DNA of 64,000 nt from Candidatus Levyibacteriota bacterium (lineage in GTDB: Bacteria; Patescibacteriota; Microgenomatia; Levybacterales; UBA12049), in NCBI GenBank assembly GCA_963716145.1, contig OY970292.1:12104-76103 (forward strand), written 5' to 3'. Shown here piece by piece: positions 26,812-37,869 of the stretch. The notes beneath the pieces were generated by a model. It was not told where the DNA came from, did no database searches, and saw only the letters and a list, made by a program, of their open reading frames with translations. Each line of letters starts with the position of its first letter. The stretch's first letter is position 1. Position numbers and translations under genes: made by a program.

Positions 26812-27663
26812 ATGAAAAATACAGCGACTCTTCTTATCAGTTGCCCTGATGCTAAAGGGATTGTGGCAAATGTCGCGAACTTTTTGTATGAACACAACGC
26901 GAATATTCTCCATGCTGATGAACATCAGGATAATGAAAAAAAGTTGTTTTTTCTTCGTACCGAGTGGGACCTGACAGATTTTTCAATAAGCAGAAAAGAT
27001 TTTGAAAAATTATTTGGTCCGGTTGCAAAGAAATTTAAAATGGAATGGAAAGTAAAATACTCAGCTGATAAATTAAATACAGCGATATTTCTTTCAAAGG
27101 AGGATCATTGTCTTGCGGATTTATTATACAGATATAAAAATAATGAAATTCAAAGCGACATTAAATTGATTGTAAGTAATTATCCAAACGCCAAAGAAAT
27201 TTCAAAGTTTTATAATATCCCATTTTACGAAATCTCAAGTACGAAAAATAAAGTAGATGATGAGCAAAAAATACTTTCGCTCCTCAGTAAAAATAATATC
27301 GAATTGGTAATACTAGCAAGATACATGAAAATTCTTTCCTCTGAATTTATTCAGGAATTTGGAAATCCGATTATAAATATCCATCACTCTTTCTTGCCCT
27401 CATTTGTCGGCACCAAGCCTTATCATCAAGCATATGACAGGGGAGTCAAGATTATCGGCGCCACTGCTCACTACGTTACGGCAGAGCTGGACCAAGGTCC
27501 GATAATTGACCAGGATATTCTGCGTATTTCTCACAGGGACAGTATTGATGATTTGGTGCAAAAAGGAAAAGATATTGAAAAGATTGTTCTCTGCCGAGCA
27601 GTTAAATCACACACCGAAAATCGTATATTAACTTACGCAAATAAAACGGTTGTGTTTGATTGA
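26812..27663 (+). CDS. purU: Formyltetrahydrofolate deformylase
   Basis: N-terminal ACT domain, then a formyl-transferase core: IINIHHSFLPSFVGTKPYHQAYDRGVKIIGATAHYVT. Confidence 0.85.
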   Translation: MKNTATLLISCPDAKGIVANVANFLYEHNANILHADEHQDNEKKLFFLRTEWDLTDFSISRKDFEKLFGPVAKKFKMEWKVKYSADKLNTAIFLSKEDHCLADLLYRYKNNEIQSDIKLIVSNYPNAKEISKFYNIPFYEISSTKNKVDDEQKILSLLSKNNIELVILARYMKILSSEFIQEFGNPIINIHHSFLPSFVGTKPYHQAYDRGVKIIGATAHYVTAELDQGPIIDQDILRISHRDSIDDLVQKGKDIEKIVLCRAVKSHTENRILTYANKTVVFD

Positions 27664-27675
27664 TGCTTCACATTT

Positions 27676-28728
27676 ATGGAAATTTGGACCACTTTTACAC
27701 CTAGAAAAGTTTCATGGGAACTCACTTATGTTAAGACAAACGGAGAGAGTTCGAGCAGTAATTGGCAGGAAAATATCGGTTTGATAGATAATTCGCTTGA
27801 AAAATTAAAAGATTCAGGGATTGTTGGAATCAGACTTGTAATCTTTCCCTCAGAAATAACAAATGATGGTGAGTTATTTGATTGGAAACTTATTGAAAAT
27901 ATGCTGGATCTTTGCAGTAAGCATAAACTCAGGGTTGATTTATGTATCGGTCCTTTCCAGTACCCACATTATCCCGGAATTTATTTACCTTCGGAATTGT
28001 TAAAAATATTTTCGCCACGAGGTAAGCATATTGATAGTGATTTCGTATTTAAAGAATTCGGCACAAGATTTTTAAAAGCGCAAATACGGAAATTTGGAAA
28101 TGATAAAAGAATACATGGGTTTCATTTTGCCAACGAATGGCCTGATGAGCAGAATATTGAAGGTAAAAGAGGTTTGAGAATTGGAGTTTCCGAAAAATTT
28201 ATGCAAGACTCTGCACGTTTGTTAAAATCTCTGACAAAAAAACCGATACTGCTCAATACCAATATTGATGCACTCGACCACAGAAGAGTTATAAAAGTTT
28301 TCGGGGAAATATTGGAAATTTTAGCAAAACAGGTGAAATTGGGATTTGATATTTACCCTTCACAAAGCAAGTGGAAGAAAGTACCGTTACAAAAATTACG
28401 GAACAAAGTTTATGGTTATTCTAAATCTTTCAAATCCATGCAGAATAAATTCCCGGAATCTGAAATGTATTTTGCAGAAGTTGAAGCCCAACCATGGGGC
28501 GGTGGTCAATCCTGGTATCAGTTGATTAACGAAGAAACTAATCCAAAAGAAAAAATTCTGACTTATACCAAAAGCTCACTTAACGAAACATGGAGTAAAT
28601 ATATTGCAGGGACAAATTGCCAGGCATTAAGTCTTTGGGGGTCTGATTTCTGGCTATCTGCTGACATGATGGGAATTAAATGGCCTCTTGAGCAGGTCAG
28701 TTGCCTTCTGGATTCTTTACCGGACTGA
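27676..28728 (+). CDS. Putative TIM-barrel glycoside hydrolase (GH5/clan GH-A-like)
   Basis: FANEWP is an NEP-like acid/base motif. A later FAEVEAQPWG is the nucleophile region. No signal peptide. Confidence 0.35.
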   Translation: MEIWTTFTPRKVSWELTYVKTNGESSSSNWQENIGLIDNSLEKLKDSGIVGIRLVIFPSEITNDGELFDWKLIENMLDLCSKHKLRVDLCIGPFQYPHYPGIYLPSELLKIFSPRGKHIDSDFVFKEFGTRFLKAQIRKFGNDKRIHGFHFANEWPDEQNIEGKRGLRIGVSEKFMQDSARLLKSLTKKPILLNTNIDALDHRRVIKVFGEILEILAKQVKLGFDIYPSQSKWKKVPLQKLRNKVYGYSKSFKSMQNKFPESEMYFAEVEAQPWGGGQSWYQLINEETNPKEKILTYTKSSLNETWSKYIAGTNCQALSLWGSDFWLSADMMGIKWPLEQVSCLLDSLPD

Positions 28729-30363
28729 ATTTTGAGAATACCATTCGTTTTCTTTCAAGCTAATTGATTCTAGAATGGGTTTCATTTTCGCAAATATAGG
28801 ATGGTTTTGTTGAATAAGTAGATAAGCATTATGCTCGCTGAGATTATATGCTTGCCATGTTTGTTGTGACTTATGATATCTGTCATCAGTAGGTCGTAGA
28901 TTTGTGGCCAGAGCAAGATATTTGTTTTTATCGTTACCATATTTTCTCTCAATCCAGTATATTTTGTCGTTGAGCGCAAATAGGGCATACTTCAAATAAC
29001 TTGTTTTTCGGAAATCTTCCTCAGTCGGATTGGTTTTTTGGGACAGGTCTTTCCATGAATCTTCTGCTTTCTTTATAAACGGTATCCATGCAGGCGCAGC
29101 CTCAGGAGACAATCTCATTATATAGCCGTAATCAATCTCCTTATTTATAGTTGGTGGATAGCTGGCCGCAATATATGCGTCAATATGAAAGATATTGGTT
29201 GATAAAAACGCTACGATGGTAATCGTCAGCATTGCCCTGAAAAAATTATTTGTTTTCACCTTTTTAATTATTGATACAAAAAGAATAACCAAAACAAACG
29301 CCAACCAAAGCAGGAATATAATCCCAAAAATTCTGGATCTTGTTAATCCGTGGGCATCCGCATAAAGATACAAACGTTTACCAGCCGATAAAAGAAGCAG
29401 TTCTGTTTCAAAAGTTAAGGCAATCATGCCCCACTTTAAATACTGTTTATATTTTGTCCCCATCCCGTGAAAAAAGCGGAGAATATATGCCAGAATAATC
29501 CCCACGAATGAGGCGGCAAAGAGTAATTGAAAAAATCCTTGCCTCACGTATTCCGAATAAGTTTTTATATTTATTCCCAGTTGGTGTAATTCAGTCTCAG
29601 GAACTTGCAGAAAGAGAAAACGTGCCTGAATGAATAGAAAGACAGCAAATAAAACAGCGCTACTCAATGTAACAATAAGCGATTCAACGACCAGTGTGCG
29701 TTCAGAAATAGACGAGGGTGGCTTATCATCTTTTTCTCTATCCCTAACTATAGTATTTCCCCAAATAAGACAAACAACAAAAATTACTGTTGACACAAAA
29801 ACCTGATCACTAATCGAGAAGGATACTTTATTAAAAATGCTGCGGAAAATGGGATCAGCCCCCGAAAGCAGCAGAAACAAAATTGCAACAATAGGAAGGG
29901 AAATTAGTATACCTCTTAAAATAGCATTGTAAGTTACAGAATGATCACTCTTGCTTTGCTTTTGTTTGTAAATTGTGAAAAAATTTCCAATACTATTAAG
30001 GCTTTCGCCTAATGCTGCGAATGGTATAAAAATAAAAGAAAAAGCAGATGATGAAAATTCTTTCTCTCTCTTATACAAATATCCTGCTGCAATTGATAAG
30101 AAAATTGCCAATAGTAAATCAAAAAATTGGACAACTCCGTTTGTTCTCCAGCCGACACATGAGGCAAAAATTACGCTTAAGGTAGAGAGTAGAATAGCAA
30201 AATAAAGGTTCTTGGTTTTGGTATTTCTTACGGTAAAAAGATATAAATGGAAAATAAGAAAAAGAAGGCCAATGCTTATGCCGATAACTGTCGGGAAAAA
30301 TAGCAGATTGTAGATTCCTACGAAAATAAGAGAACCTAAAAGAGTTTTCTTCATGACTGGCAT
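28717..30363 (-). CDS. Large polytopic membrane protein with a C-terminal soluble domain (putative GT-C-like / DUF)
   Basis: More than 12 TM helices. No clear motif. Confidence 0.35.
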   Translation of the reverse strand: MPVMKKTLLGSLIFVGIYNLLFFPTVIGISIGLLFLIFHLYLFTVRNTKTKNLYFAILLSTLSVIFASCVGWRTNGVVQFFDLLLAIFLSIAAGYLYKREKEFSSSAFSFIFIPFAALGESLNSIGNFFTIYKQKQSKSDHSVTYNAILRGILISLPIVAILFLLLSGADPIFRSIFNKVSFSISDQVFVSTVIFVVCLIWGNTIVRDREKDDKPPSSISERTLVVESLIVTLSSAVLFAVFLFIQARFLFLQVPETELHQLGINIKTYSEYVRQGFFQLLFAASFVGIILAYILRFFHGMGTKYKQYLKWGMIALTFETELLLLSAGKRLYLYADAHGLTRSRIFGIIFLLWLAFVLVILFVSIIKKVKTNNFFRAMLTITIVAFLSTNIFHIDAYIAASYPPTINKEIDYGYIMRLSPEAAPAWIPFIKKAEDSWKDLSQKTNPTEEDFRKTSYLKYALFALNDKIYWIERKYGNDKNKYLALATNLRPTDDRYHKSQQTWQAYNLSEHNAYLLIQQNHPIFAKMKPILESISLKENEWYSQNSVR

Positions 30364-30402
30364 TAGAAACTATAACACATTAAGAATTTTCAATCAAACA
30401 TT

Positions 30403-31383
30403 CTATTTCGTAAAATAATCGTAAACTGATTTTGAGATAACTGCAATTTTTTCATTTGTTTCAGCAGGGCGGGAAGTATCGGTTAAGATAACAATTACGT
30501 AATCCCCTTTGGGGGTATAGATAATGCCGACATCATGAGAGAGCCTACCTAGCTCACCGGTTTTATGGGAAATTACAGCATTTATGGGTAAGTATTTAGG
30601 AATTTTACCGTTAAGTTTTTGGTTTTTAAGCAAAGTCAGCATGTCCTGAGTTAATGACTTGTCTGCAAATTCTCCAAGGTACAATTTTTCCAAAAATAAA
30701 GTTAAATCATGGGCACTGCTTGCCGGAGTTTCTCCTTTGGTGCCAACGCGGGATTCTGTTAGTCCGCTTTGTGATAAGAATAGAGCAACTTGAGACAATC
30801 TTATTTTTTCAGCAAGAAGAAGTGCTGAATAGTTATCGGAAATTGTTATCATACGAGTTAAAGCGCTTTGTACAGGAAGTGTAATATTGCCTTCGGTTAA
30901 CTCAGCTGATTCACTGGAGATTCCAAATTTATCATTTAGCACTTCAATTTTTTGACTTAGAATATCCCCTTTATTCAAATCTCCGGCCTGAATTTTTTGA
31001 AAAGCTGTTACCATCACAAAGAGTTTATAAAGACTCGCAGTGTCAAAAATCTTATGCTCATTAAAATAATAACGCTCTTTTGTTTTCAAGTTTTTTATCG
31101 ATACTGCGTAATCTCCCTGAGTATTTGTCAGTTCTTTTTGGACTATACGCTCAAGATTTTCGCTGTTTTTATCAGGATTGAAAAGCGCTGTTCCTGTATC
31201 AATAATCTCTTTTGCGATCGGGCTAATAACCTCGACTACTTCTTTTTTATCCACAAAAAATGTTTTTGCAATTATAAATAGAAACAAGGAGAGCAACAAT
31301 AAAAAAAACAAAACAGGCCAAAGCTCTCTTTTTTTAGGAGTATTGTATTCCTGAAATTTGGAGTAGTCGGTTAATCCTGCCAT
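30403..31383 (-). CDS. Class A beta-lactamase-related serine hydrolase (membrane-anchored)
   Basis: SxxK (ASLYK), SDN (ISDNYS) and KTG (HKTGELG) motifs. N-terminal TM. Confidence 0.6.
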   Translation of the reverse strand: MAGLTDYSKFQEYNTPKKRELWPVLFFLLLLSLFLFIIAKTFFVDKKEVVEVISPIAKEIIDTGTALFNPDKNSENLERIVQKELTNTQGDYAVSIKNLKTKERYYFNEHKIFDTASLYKLFVMVTAFQKIQAGDLNKGDILSQKIEVLNDKFGISSESAELTEGNITLPVQSALTRMITISDNYSALLLAEKIRLSQVALFLSQSGLTESRVGTKGETPASSAHDLTLFLEKLYLGEFADKSLTQDMLTLLKNQKLNGKIPKYLPINAVISHKTGELGRLSHDVGIIYTPKGDYVIVILTDTSRPAETNEKIAVISKSVYDYFTK

Positions 31384-31389
31384 CAGATA

Positions 31390-32436
<1,047 letters not shown>

Positions 32437-32441
32437 AATTC

Positions 32442-33578
32442 TTATTTTAATTTAGCAGGATTAATTCTAATTATTTTATCATCTCCATTTTGAGGAGAGC
32501 CCCGCCCATCCTTGTTGCTGGTAGTGACGTAAAGCATTCCATCAGGTCCAGAGATTACTTCGCGGATTCTTCCAAATTCGTTTGAAAAATGCTCTTTAAA
32601 ATTAGTAACATTGTTGTTTTCAATTATAGCTTCATACAAAGTTTGGCCCTTAAGTCCGGCAAATAATAGTGAATTACCAACAAGAGCTGCTCCGGCCGGA
32701 GCCCAGGTAGTTGCCGGGCCGGAATTTATTTTTGGGGTTTCCATCCCAGCTTTTTTTTCACCGCCTTGAATAGTTGGCCAGCCATAATTTTTACCTTTTT
32801 CAATAAGGTTTATTTCATCCAGTCCGGTTGGAGCAGATCGCCCATGCTCTGTTGACCACAAGTTGCCGTTATTATCCCAGGCAATTCCTTGGGGATTGCG
32901 GTGACCATATGAATAAGTTAAGTTATTAAACGGATTATCGGCAACTGTTTTCCCTTCATCCGTGACTCTCAATATTTTACCCGCTAGGGAATTTCGGTCC
33001 TGAGCTCGGGACGGTTCTTGTGCGTCTCCTGTTGTAATGTATAGATTTCTATCCGGACCAAATTTAATCCGCCCGCCATTATGATTTGAAGCCCCGGGAA
33101 TCTTATCGACCATGATTTGTTCATCAATTAATGATTTATTAGAGTAAGTCATTCGCACAACCCGGTTAAGCGTATTGTCATTGTTACTGCTGTATGTATA
33201 GTAAAGATAAACATAGTTGTTAGATGAAAAGTCAGGATGAAGAGTAATTCCCAACAGTCCTCCTTCACCTATTTCTGTGACGTTTTCAATATTTGTGAGC
33301 TCTGTTATATTGCCATTCGCTCCTACTAGTTTCACGCTGCCCTGCCGTTCGGTAACAAGCATACTTTTGTCAGGCAGAAATGCGATCGCCCAAGGGGTAT
33401 CAAGATTTTCTGCAACGATAGAGACTTCCGGAATATCTGTTTGATTTTGTTGGGTACTGATATCACCTGCCAACGGTGTAGAAACGCGGGTTTTATTTTG
33501 AGTTTTCGTTTGGTTATTTCCAAAAATGAATATACCGGAAAGCAAAAGGATGATAAAAATTAATATTATCTTTTTCAT
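32442..33578 (-). CDS. PQQ-dependent soluble sugar (glucose/sorbosone) dehydrogenase beta-propeller, secreted
   Basis: LDTPWAIAFLPD, GGLLGITLHPDF and HNGGRIKFGPD blocks of the GSDH family (PF07995). Signal peptide present. Confidence 0.7.
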   Translation of the reverse strand: MKKIILIFIILLLSGIFIFGNNQTKTQNKTRVSTPLAGDISTQQNQTDIPEVSIVAENLDTPWAIAFLPDKSMLVTERQGSVKLVGANGNITELTNIENVTEIGEGGLLGITLHPDFSSNNYVYLYYTYSSNNDNTLNRVVRMTYSNKSLIDEQIMVDKIPGASNHNGGRIKFGPDRNLYITTGDAQEPSRAQDRNSLAGKILRVTDEGKTVADNPFNNLTYSYGHRNPQGIAWDNNGNLWSTEHGRSAPTGLDEINLIEKGKNYGWPTIQGGEKKAGMETPKINSGPATTWAPAGAALVGNSLLFAGLKGQTLYEAIIENNNVTNFKEHFSNEFGRIREVISGPDGMLYVTTSNKDGRGSPQNGDDKIIRINPAKLK

Positions 33579-33621
33579 GCGTTTTGTCCTATTCTATCAC
33601 ATTAAAGCAATCTATTTGAGG

Positions 33622-34107
33622 CTAGGAGATTTTGGTGATTGTGTATTTAAATTCTCCTGTGGGAGTTGAGATCGCCACCTCTGAGTTTAAGGATTTTCCC
33701 ATTATTGCTTTTCCAACAGGCGAGAGTAAGGATAATTTTCCTTCAGAAGGTTGAGCCTCTAAGTCTCCGACTATCTGATAAGTTTTTTCTTTTTTCCCAT
33801 CAGATAAGGTTACTTTACTTCCTATATAAACAGTATCAATTGGTAATTTCGTTCCGTCCGCGTCAATAATATCCGCTCTTTTTAAGTAATCTGAAAACCT
33901 CCTAAGTCTCCCGTCAATAAAATTCAGTTTAAATTTGGATTCTTTATAATACCCATTCTCTGAAAGATCTCCCATCTCACGAGCTTTTTTCAGATCCGCA
34001 ACCGCAAGCGGACGCTGTCTAAGAAGATCTTTATATTCTTCTTTCAACTTTTCATAACCTTCTTTGGTAAAACGGATTTTATTAATAGTTATATTTCTGC
34101 TTTGCAT
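33622..34107 (-). CDS. greA: Transcription elongation factor GreA
   Basis: N-terminal coiled-coil (FTKEGYEKLKEEYKDL...DLSENGYY) and C-terminal FKBP-like domain. 161 aa. Confidence 0.85.
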   Translation of the reverse strand: MQSRNITINKIRFTKEGYEKLKEEYKDLLRQRPLAVADLKKAREMGDLSENGYYKESKFKLNFIDGRLRRFSDYLKRADIIDADGTKLPIDTVYIGSKVTLSDGKKEKTYQIVGDLEAQPSEGKLSLLSPVGKAIMGKSLNSEVAISTPTGEFKYTITKIS

Positions 34108-34146
34108 CTGATTATTGGTTGATTATAGCATGGTATAATTATATTT

Positions 34147-34752
34147 ATGATTAAAGCTGGTATTTTTGATGTAGGAGGGGTTTTGCTAACAAATGAAACT
34201 GCATTTATTTATGAGGATATTATTAAAACTCTAGCCATCACTCCTCAATTGCTAAAGAATGGCTTAAATCAGGTACTCGGATCATTTATGAAGGGTGAAG
34301 TGACGGAGGAGGAGTTCTGGAGAAATTTTATTGATTACACTAAGGCGTCAGGAAAAATTCCCGTAAAATCACTCTATGGAAGAGAATACGAAAGAAGATT
34401 CAAAAAGAATGAAAATGTTCTTTCGTTAATCAATAAAATAAAAACAGCCGGATACAAACTCGCTGTACTCTCAGATACAATAACACCGCACGTTGAATTT
34501 AATAGGAAAAATGTAATTTATGATAATTTTGATGTTGAAGTTCTTTCAAACAAAGTGGGAATGATAAAACCAGATCCGAAAATTTTTATTTACACACTGG
34601 AAAAATTAAAAGTAGAACCTGGAGAAGCTTTTTTTGTCGATGACGTGGAAATAAATGTGAATGCAGCAAATTCTCTGGGAATTCATGGGATTAAATATGG
34701 GAATTATGATAAATTGGAGAAAGATTTAAATAATCTGAGAATTAAATTTTAA
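34147..34752 (+). CDS. HAD-superfamily hydrolase (subfamily IA)
   Basis: Motif I FDVGGVL, motif II SDT and a C-terminal FVDD motif IV. Confidence 0.7.
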   Translation: MIKAGIFDVGGVLLTNETAFIYEDIIKTLAITPQLLKNGLNQVLGSFMKGEVTEEEFWRNFIDYTKASGKIPVKSLYGREYERRFKKNENVLSLINKIKTAGYKLAVLSDTITPHVEFNRKNVIYDNFDVEVLSNKVGMIKPDPKIFIYTLEKLKVEPGEAFFVDDVEINVNAANSLGIHGIKYGNYDKLEKDLNNLRIKF

Positions 34753-36436
34753 TATCCTTTATCTTCAGCTGCAGTTTGGTGTTGCCGTTCCAGGTGTTGT
34801 TATCAATAGTATAAGCAATAGATATTTTATCACCCGTTTTAAGTTTGATAGCATGTTCTGAAAGTCCAAAACCGATAGCGTCAATTGTTTGGGAATCTGA
34901 TTGTTCGAGCACAAGTTTTAAATGACTTTTATCTTTTCCAAGAAGTTTGAAATCCTTAACTTCAACATCGTGACTTACAAATGTGGGCTCGGGATTTCCC
35001 ATGCCAAAAGGCGACAGCGCTTGTAGGTCATTATACAATTCTGGATTGATTGTAGAAATAGGCAGCTCGCAATCTACTTTCAATTTCCTTTCCAACATTT
35101 CAGTTGTCAAAAGCTGCGCAGCTGAATCTTCAAGTAATTTTTGAAGTTTGGCAAGATTTTCTGTGGCGACACTAAAGCCTGCTGCCATAGGATGACCGCC
35201 AACGTTTATAAATTCACTAGTATGAAGCCTTAGAAATTCGATTAGATTAAATCCACTTACTGATCTTGCTGATGCTTTACTCATTCCCCCCCCAATTGAA
35301 ATAACAATTGCCGGTTTATAATACTCTTCAACCAGTTTTCCGGCAACAAGGCCTATCACTCCCTGCTGATAGGATTCGTGAGCAACAAACAACAAACTTT
35401 GAACTTTGAACTTCGCGTCCTGAGCTTGCCGAATGGATGAACTTTGAACTGTTTGGATTGCGTGTTCGGTTGCTTCACGCAAAACCAACTGCCGTTCTTT
35501 ATTGATCAATTCCAGTTTTTCAGCTAAGGCTTTTGCTCTTTTCGGATCTGTTGTACACAAAAGTCTGAGGCTATCCATTCCGGATTCTATCCTGCCTGCT
35601 GCGTTTAGGCGCGGGGCAATAATATATCCAACCTCATAGGGCGTAAATTCTTCTTTTTCCAATCCTGCTTGTTTGAATAATTCCTGAAGTCCAAGCCTTT
35701 TTGTTTTGCAAATTTTTGACAGTCCGTGTTTGACAATAGTTCTGTTGGCATTCGTTAGCGGTACCATATCGGCGATTGTACCCAGAGCTGCCAGCTCCAG
35801 ATGACTATCGTCATCAACTTTGAACTTTGAACTTTGAACTTTGAACTCCTTCGCAAGAAGATAGGCAACCCCTGCCCCGCAGAGTTTGGTTGTGTGAACT
35901 ATAGCGTGAGCCTTGGGTAAAGTATCTGAGGGGACATGGTGGTCTGTGATGATCACATCAATCCCCTGCGCGTTTGCAAAGTCTATTGCTTCATTCGCGA
36001 CGATTCCATTATCATCAGTAATTATTAGCTTTGTATTTGGAATTTGTAATTGGATATTTGAAATTCCTTTCACAGAAAGGCCGTAGCCTTCTTCAATTCT
36101 ATGGGGAATATGAGGAAGTATTTTTGCACCTAGCGTATGGAGTGTCTCCCAAATAATTGCTGCTCCAGTTATTCCATCTACATCATAATCACCAAAAACC
36201 ACTATTTGCTCCTGGTTTTTGATTGCTTTCTGAATTCTTTTGACTGCTTTTGCAAGCTGTTTTTTGTCAATCCCGACACTTTCAACAGTTACAGTATCAA
36301 GCTTGGGATTAAGAAAACTTTCCTTCTCTTTTTTGTTTTTAATTCCGCGGTTATCAAGAAGTAAATCAATAAGCTGTTCGTTTTTGATTTTTGATTTTTG
36401 ATTTTTGATTTTATTTACGATATTCCATGTTTTCAT
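34742..36436 (-). CDS. recJ: Single-stranded-DNA-specific exonuclease RecJ
   Basis: DHH (FGDYDVDGITG ... ITDHH) and DHHA1 motifs. 564 aa. It contains in-frame heptamer tandem repeats; see findings. Confidence 0.85.
   Translation of the reverse strand: MKTWNIVNKIKNQKSKIKNEQLIDLLLDNRGIKNKKEKESFLNPKLDTVTVESVGIDKKQLAKAVKRIQKAIKNQEQIVVFGDYDVDGITGAAIIWETLHTLGAKILPHIPHRIEEGYGLSVKGISNIQLQIPNTKLIITDDNGIVANEAIDFANAQGIDVIITDHHVPSDTLPKAHAIVHTTKLCGAGVAYLLAKEFKVQSSKFKVDDDSHLELAALGTIADMVPLTNANRTIVKHGLSKICKTKRLGLQELFKQAGLEKEEFTPYEVGYIIAPRLNAAGRIESGMDSLRLLCTTDPKRAKALAEKLELINKERQLVLREATEHAIQTVQSSSIRQAQDAKFKVQSLLFVAHESYQQGVIGLVAGKLVEEYYKPAIVISIGGGMSKASARSVSGFNLIEFLRLHTSEFINVGGHPMAAGFSVATENLAKLQKLLEDSAAQLLTTEMLERKLKVDCELPISTINPELYNDLQALSPFGMGNPEPTFVSHDVEVKDFKLLGKDKSHLKLVLEQSDSQTIDAIGFGLSEHAIKLKTGDKISIAYTIDNNTWNGNTKLQLKIKDIKI
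35816..35849. repeat. (TGAACTT)4 heptanucleotide tandem repeat inside recJ
   Basis: aactt tgaactt x4 encodes EFKVQSSKFKV on the minus strand. A related (ACTTTGA)2.5 with (AACAAAC)2 lies at 35383-35413. (TTTTTGA)4 lies at 36381-36412 in the recJ N-terminus. Confidence 0.6.
36381..36412. repeat. (TTTTTGA)4 heptanucleotide tandem repeat at recJ codons 9-18
   Basis: tttttga x4 tttta encodes KIKNQKSKIKN on the minus strand. The repeat is 28 nt long, not a multiple of 3. Confidence 0.6.
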
Positions 36437-36482
36437 ATTTTGTTGCTATACTATAGCAGACCCGCCAAAGGCGAGGCAAGGA

Positions 36483-37856
36483 ATGATTGATAAAATACCA
36501 CCTCACATTCTGGAGATTGTTAAAAAGTTTGAAAAAGCCGAATTTGAAATTTATCTAGTCGGTGGATCAGTGCGGGATTTACTTAGTAAGCGGGTTGTCA
36601 CTGATTGGGATTTGACTACCAATGCACAGCCTTCGGAAATGCTCAAGCTTTTTCCTGATTCTGTTTATGAAAATACCTTTGGAACTGTTGGGATTAAAGT
36701 TGAAGAGCTTGCGGAAACGGAACACAAAGGAATAGTTGAGGTAACAACATATAGAACAGAGAAAGGTTACTCAGACCGCAGGCATCCGGAAAAAGTAGAA
36801 TGGGGAAAAACAGTTGAAGAGGATCTTGGAAGACGCGATTTTACGGTGAATGCAATGGCATTGAAAATTTCAAATTTCAAATTTCAAATTTCAAATGACT
36901 TGATAGATCCCTTTGATGGGCAGACTGATTTGAAGAATAAAATCATACGGGCTGTGGGGGATCCGGCTAAGAGGTTTAAGGAAGATGCTCTCCGGCTTAT
37001 GCGGGCGATCCGGTTTGCTTCGCAGCTTGGTTTTTCGATTGAAGAAAATACGTTAAAAGAAATTGCAGCTGATGCGTCTCTGCTTTCGGAAATTGCCAAA
37101 GAGCGTGTGCGGGATGAGCTGCTAAAAATTCTCGCAAGCGATTTTCCATATGAGGGAATAATACTTTTGAAGAACACAGGTTTGATGCAGCAAATTATTC
37201 CTGAACTAATTGAAGGAATTGGGATTTCGCAGTCCCGTCCGGGCAGGCATCATACAGAGGATGTATTTACTCACAATGTTTTGTCGCTCAAATTCACTCC
37301 GTCTACTGACCCGATTGTGCGCTTCGCGACTCTGATTCACGATATTGGTAAGCCGCGCGTTGAAAGTACGGACGATGCTGATTTGGTGATATTTCACAAT
37401 CATGAAATTGCTGGAGCCAGGATTGCCCGGGATTTGGCAGACCGTTTGCGCTTTTCAAAAAAAGAGCAGGAAAAGATAGTAAAACTCGTCAGATGGCACA
37501 TGTTCACAGTGGACGAACGCATTACTGATAGCGCGGTCAGGCGGTTTATCCGGAGAGTTGGCGTTGAGAATGTCAAAGACATGATGGATTTGAGAGTTGG
37601 TGATCGGCTTGGCGGTGGAACTCAGACTGCTGAGTCATGGAGGTTAAAACTTTTTAAAAATAGGCTTGAAGAGCAGCTCGCCCCGGCCCTTTTCTCGATA
37701 AATGATCTGGCAATTGATGGGAATGATATTATGAAAGAGCTGAAAATGAAGCCCGGCCCGGAGATTGGGAAGATTTTGCAAAAGTTGTTTGAAGAAGTGG
37801 ATGAGGATTTGGAGAAGAATAATAGGGAGTATTTGTTGAAGAGAATTAAGTCTTGA
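36483..37856 (+). CDS. cca: CCA-adding tRNA nucleotidyltransferase (PolyA_pol head + HD domain)
   Basis: YLVGGSVRDLL...DWDL nucleotidyltransferase motif. A C-terminal HD domain (HD..K..H..E). Start at the ATG at 36483. Confidence 0.8.
   Translation: MIDKIPPHILEIVKKFEKAEFEIYLVGGSVRDLLSKRVVTDWDLTTNAQPSEMLKLFPDSVYENTFGTVGIKVEELAETEHKGIVEVTTYRTEKGYSDRRHPEKVEWGKTVEEDLGRRDFTVNAMALKISNFKFQISNDLIDPFDGQTDLKNKIIRAVGDPAKRFKEDALRLMRAIRFASQLGFSIEENTLKEIAADASLLSEIAKERVRDELLKILASDFPYEGIILLKNTGLMQQIIPELIEGIGISQSRPGRHHTEDVFTHNVLSLKFTPSTDPIVRFATLIHDIGKPRVESTDDADLVIFHNHEIAGARIARDLADRLRFSKKEQEKIVKLVRWHMFTVDERITDSAVRRFIRRVGVENVKDMMDLRVGDRLGGGTQTAESWRLKLFKNRLEEQLAPALFSINDLAIDGNDIMKELKMKPGPEIGKILQKLFEEVDEDLEKNNREYLLKRIKS
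36865..36889. repeat. (AAATTTC)3 heptanucleotide tandem repeat inside cca
   Basis: aaatttc x3 aaatg encodes KISNFKFQISN. It has the same core as the intergenic palindromic repeats and the 60006 gene start. Confidence 0.6.
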
Positions 37857-37869
37857 GGAGCATTGCGGT

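Noticed and set aside
35816-36412. CRISPR array suggested by short regularly spaced repeats
   Set aside because: The repeats are 7-nt units in direct tandem without spacers, and they lie inside ORFs (recJ, cca). No cas genes are present. They are simple-sequence heptamer repeats, not CRISPR.
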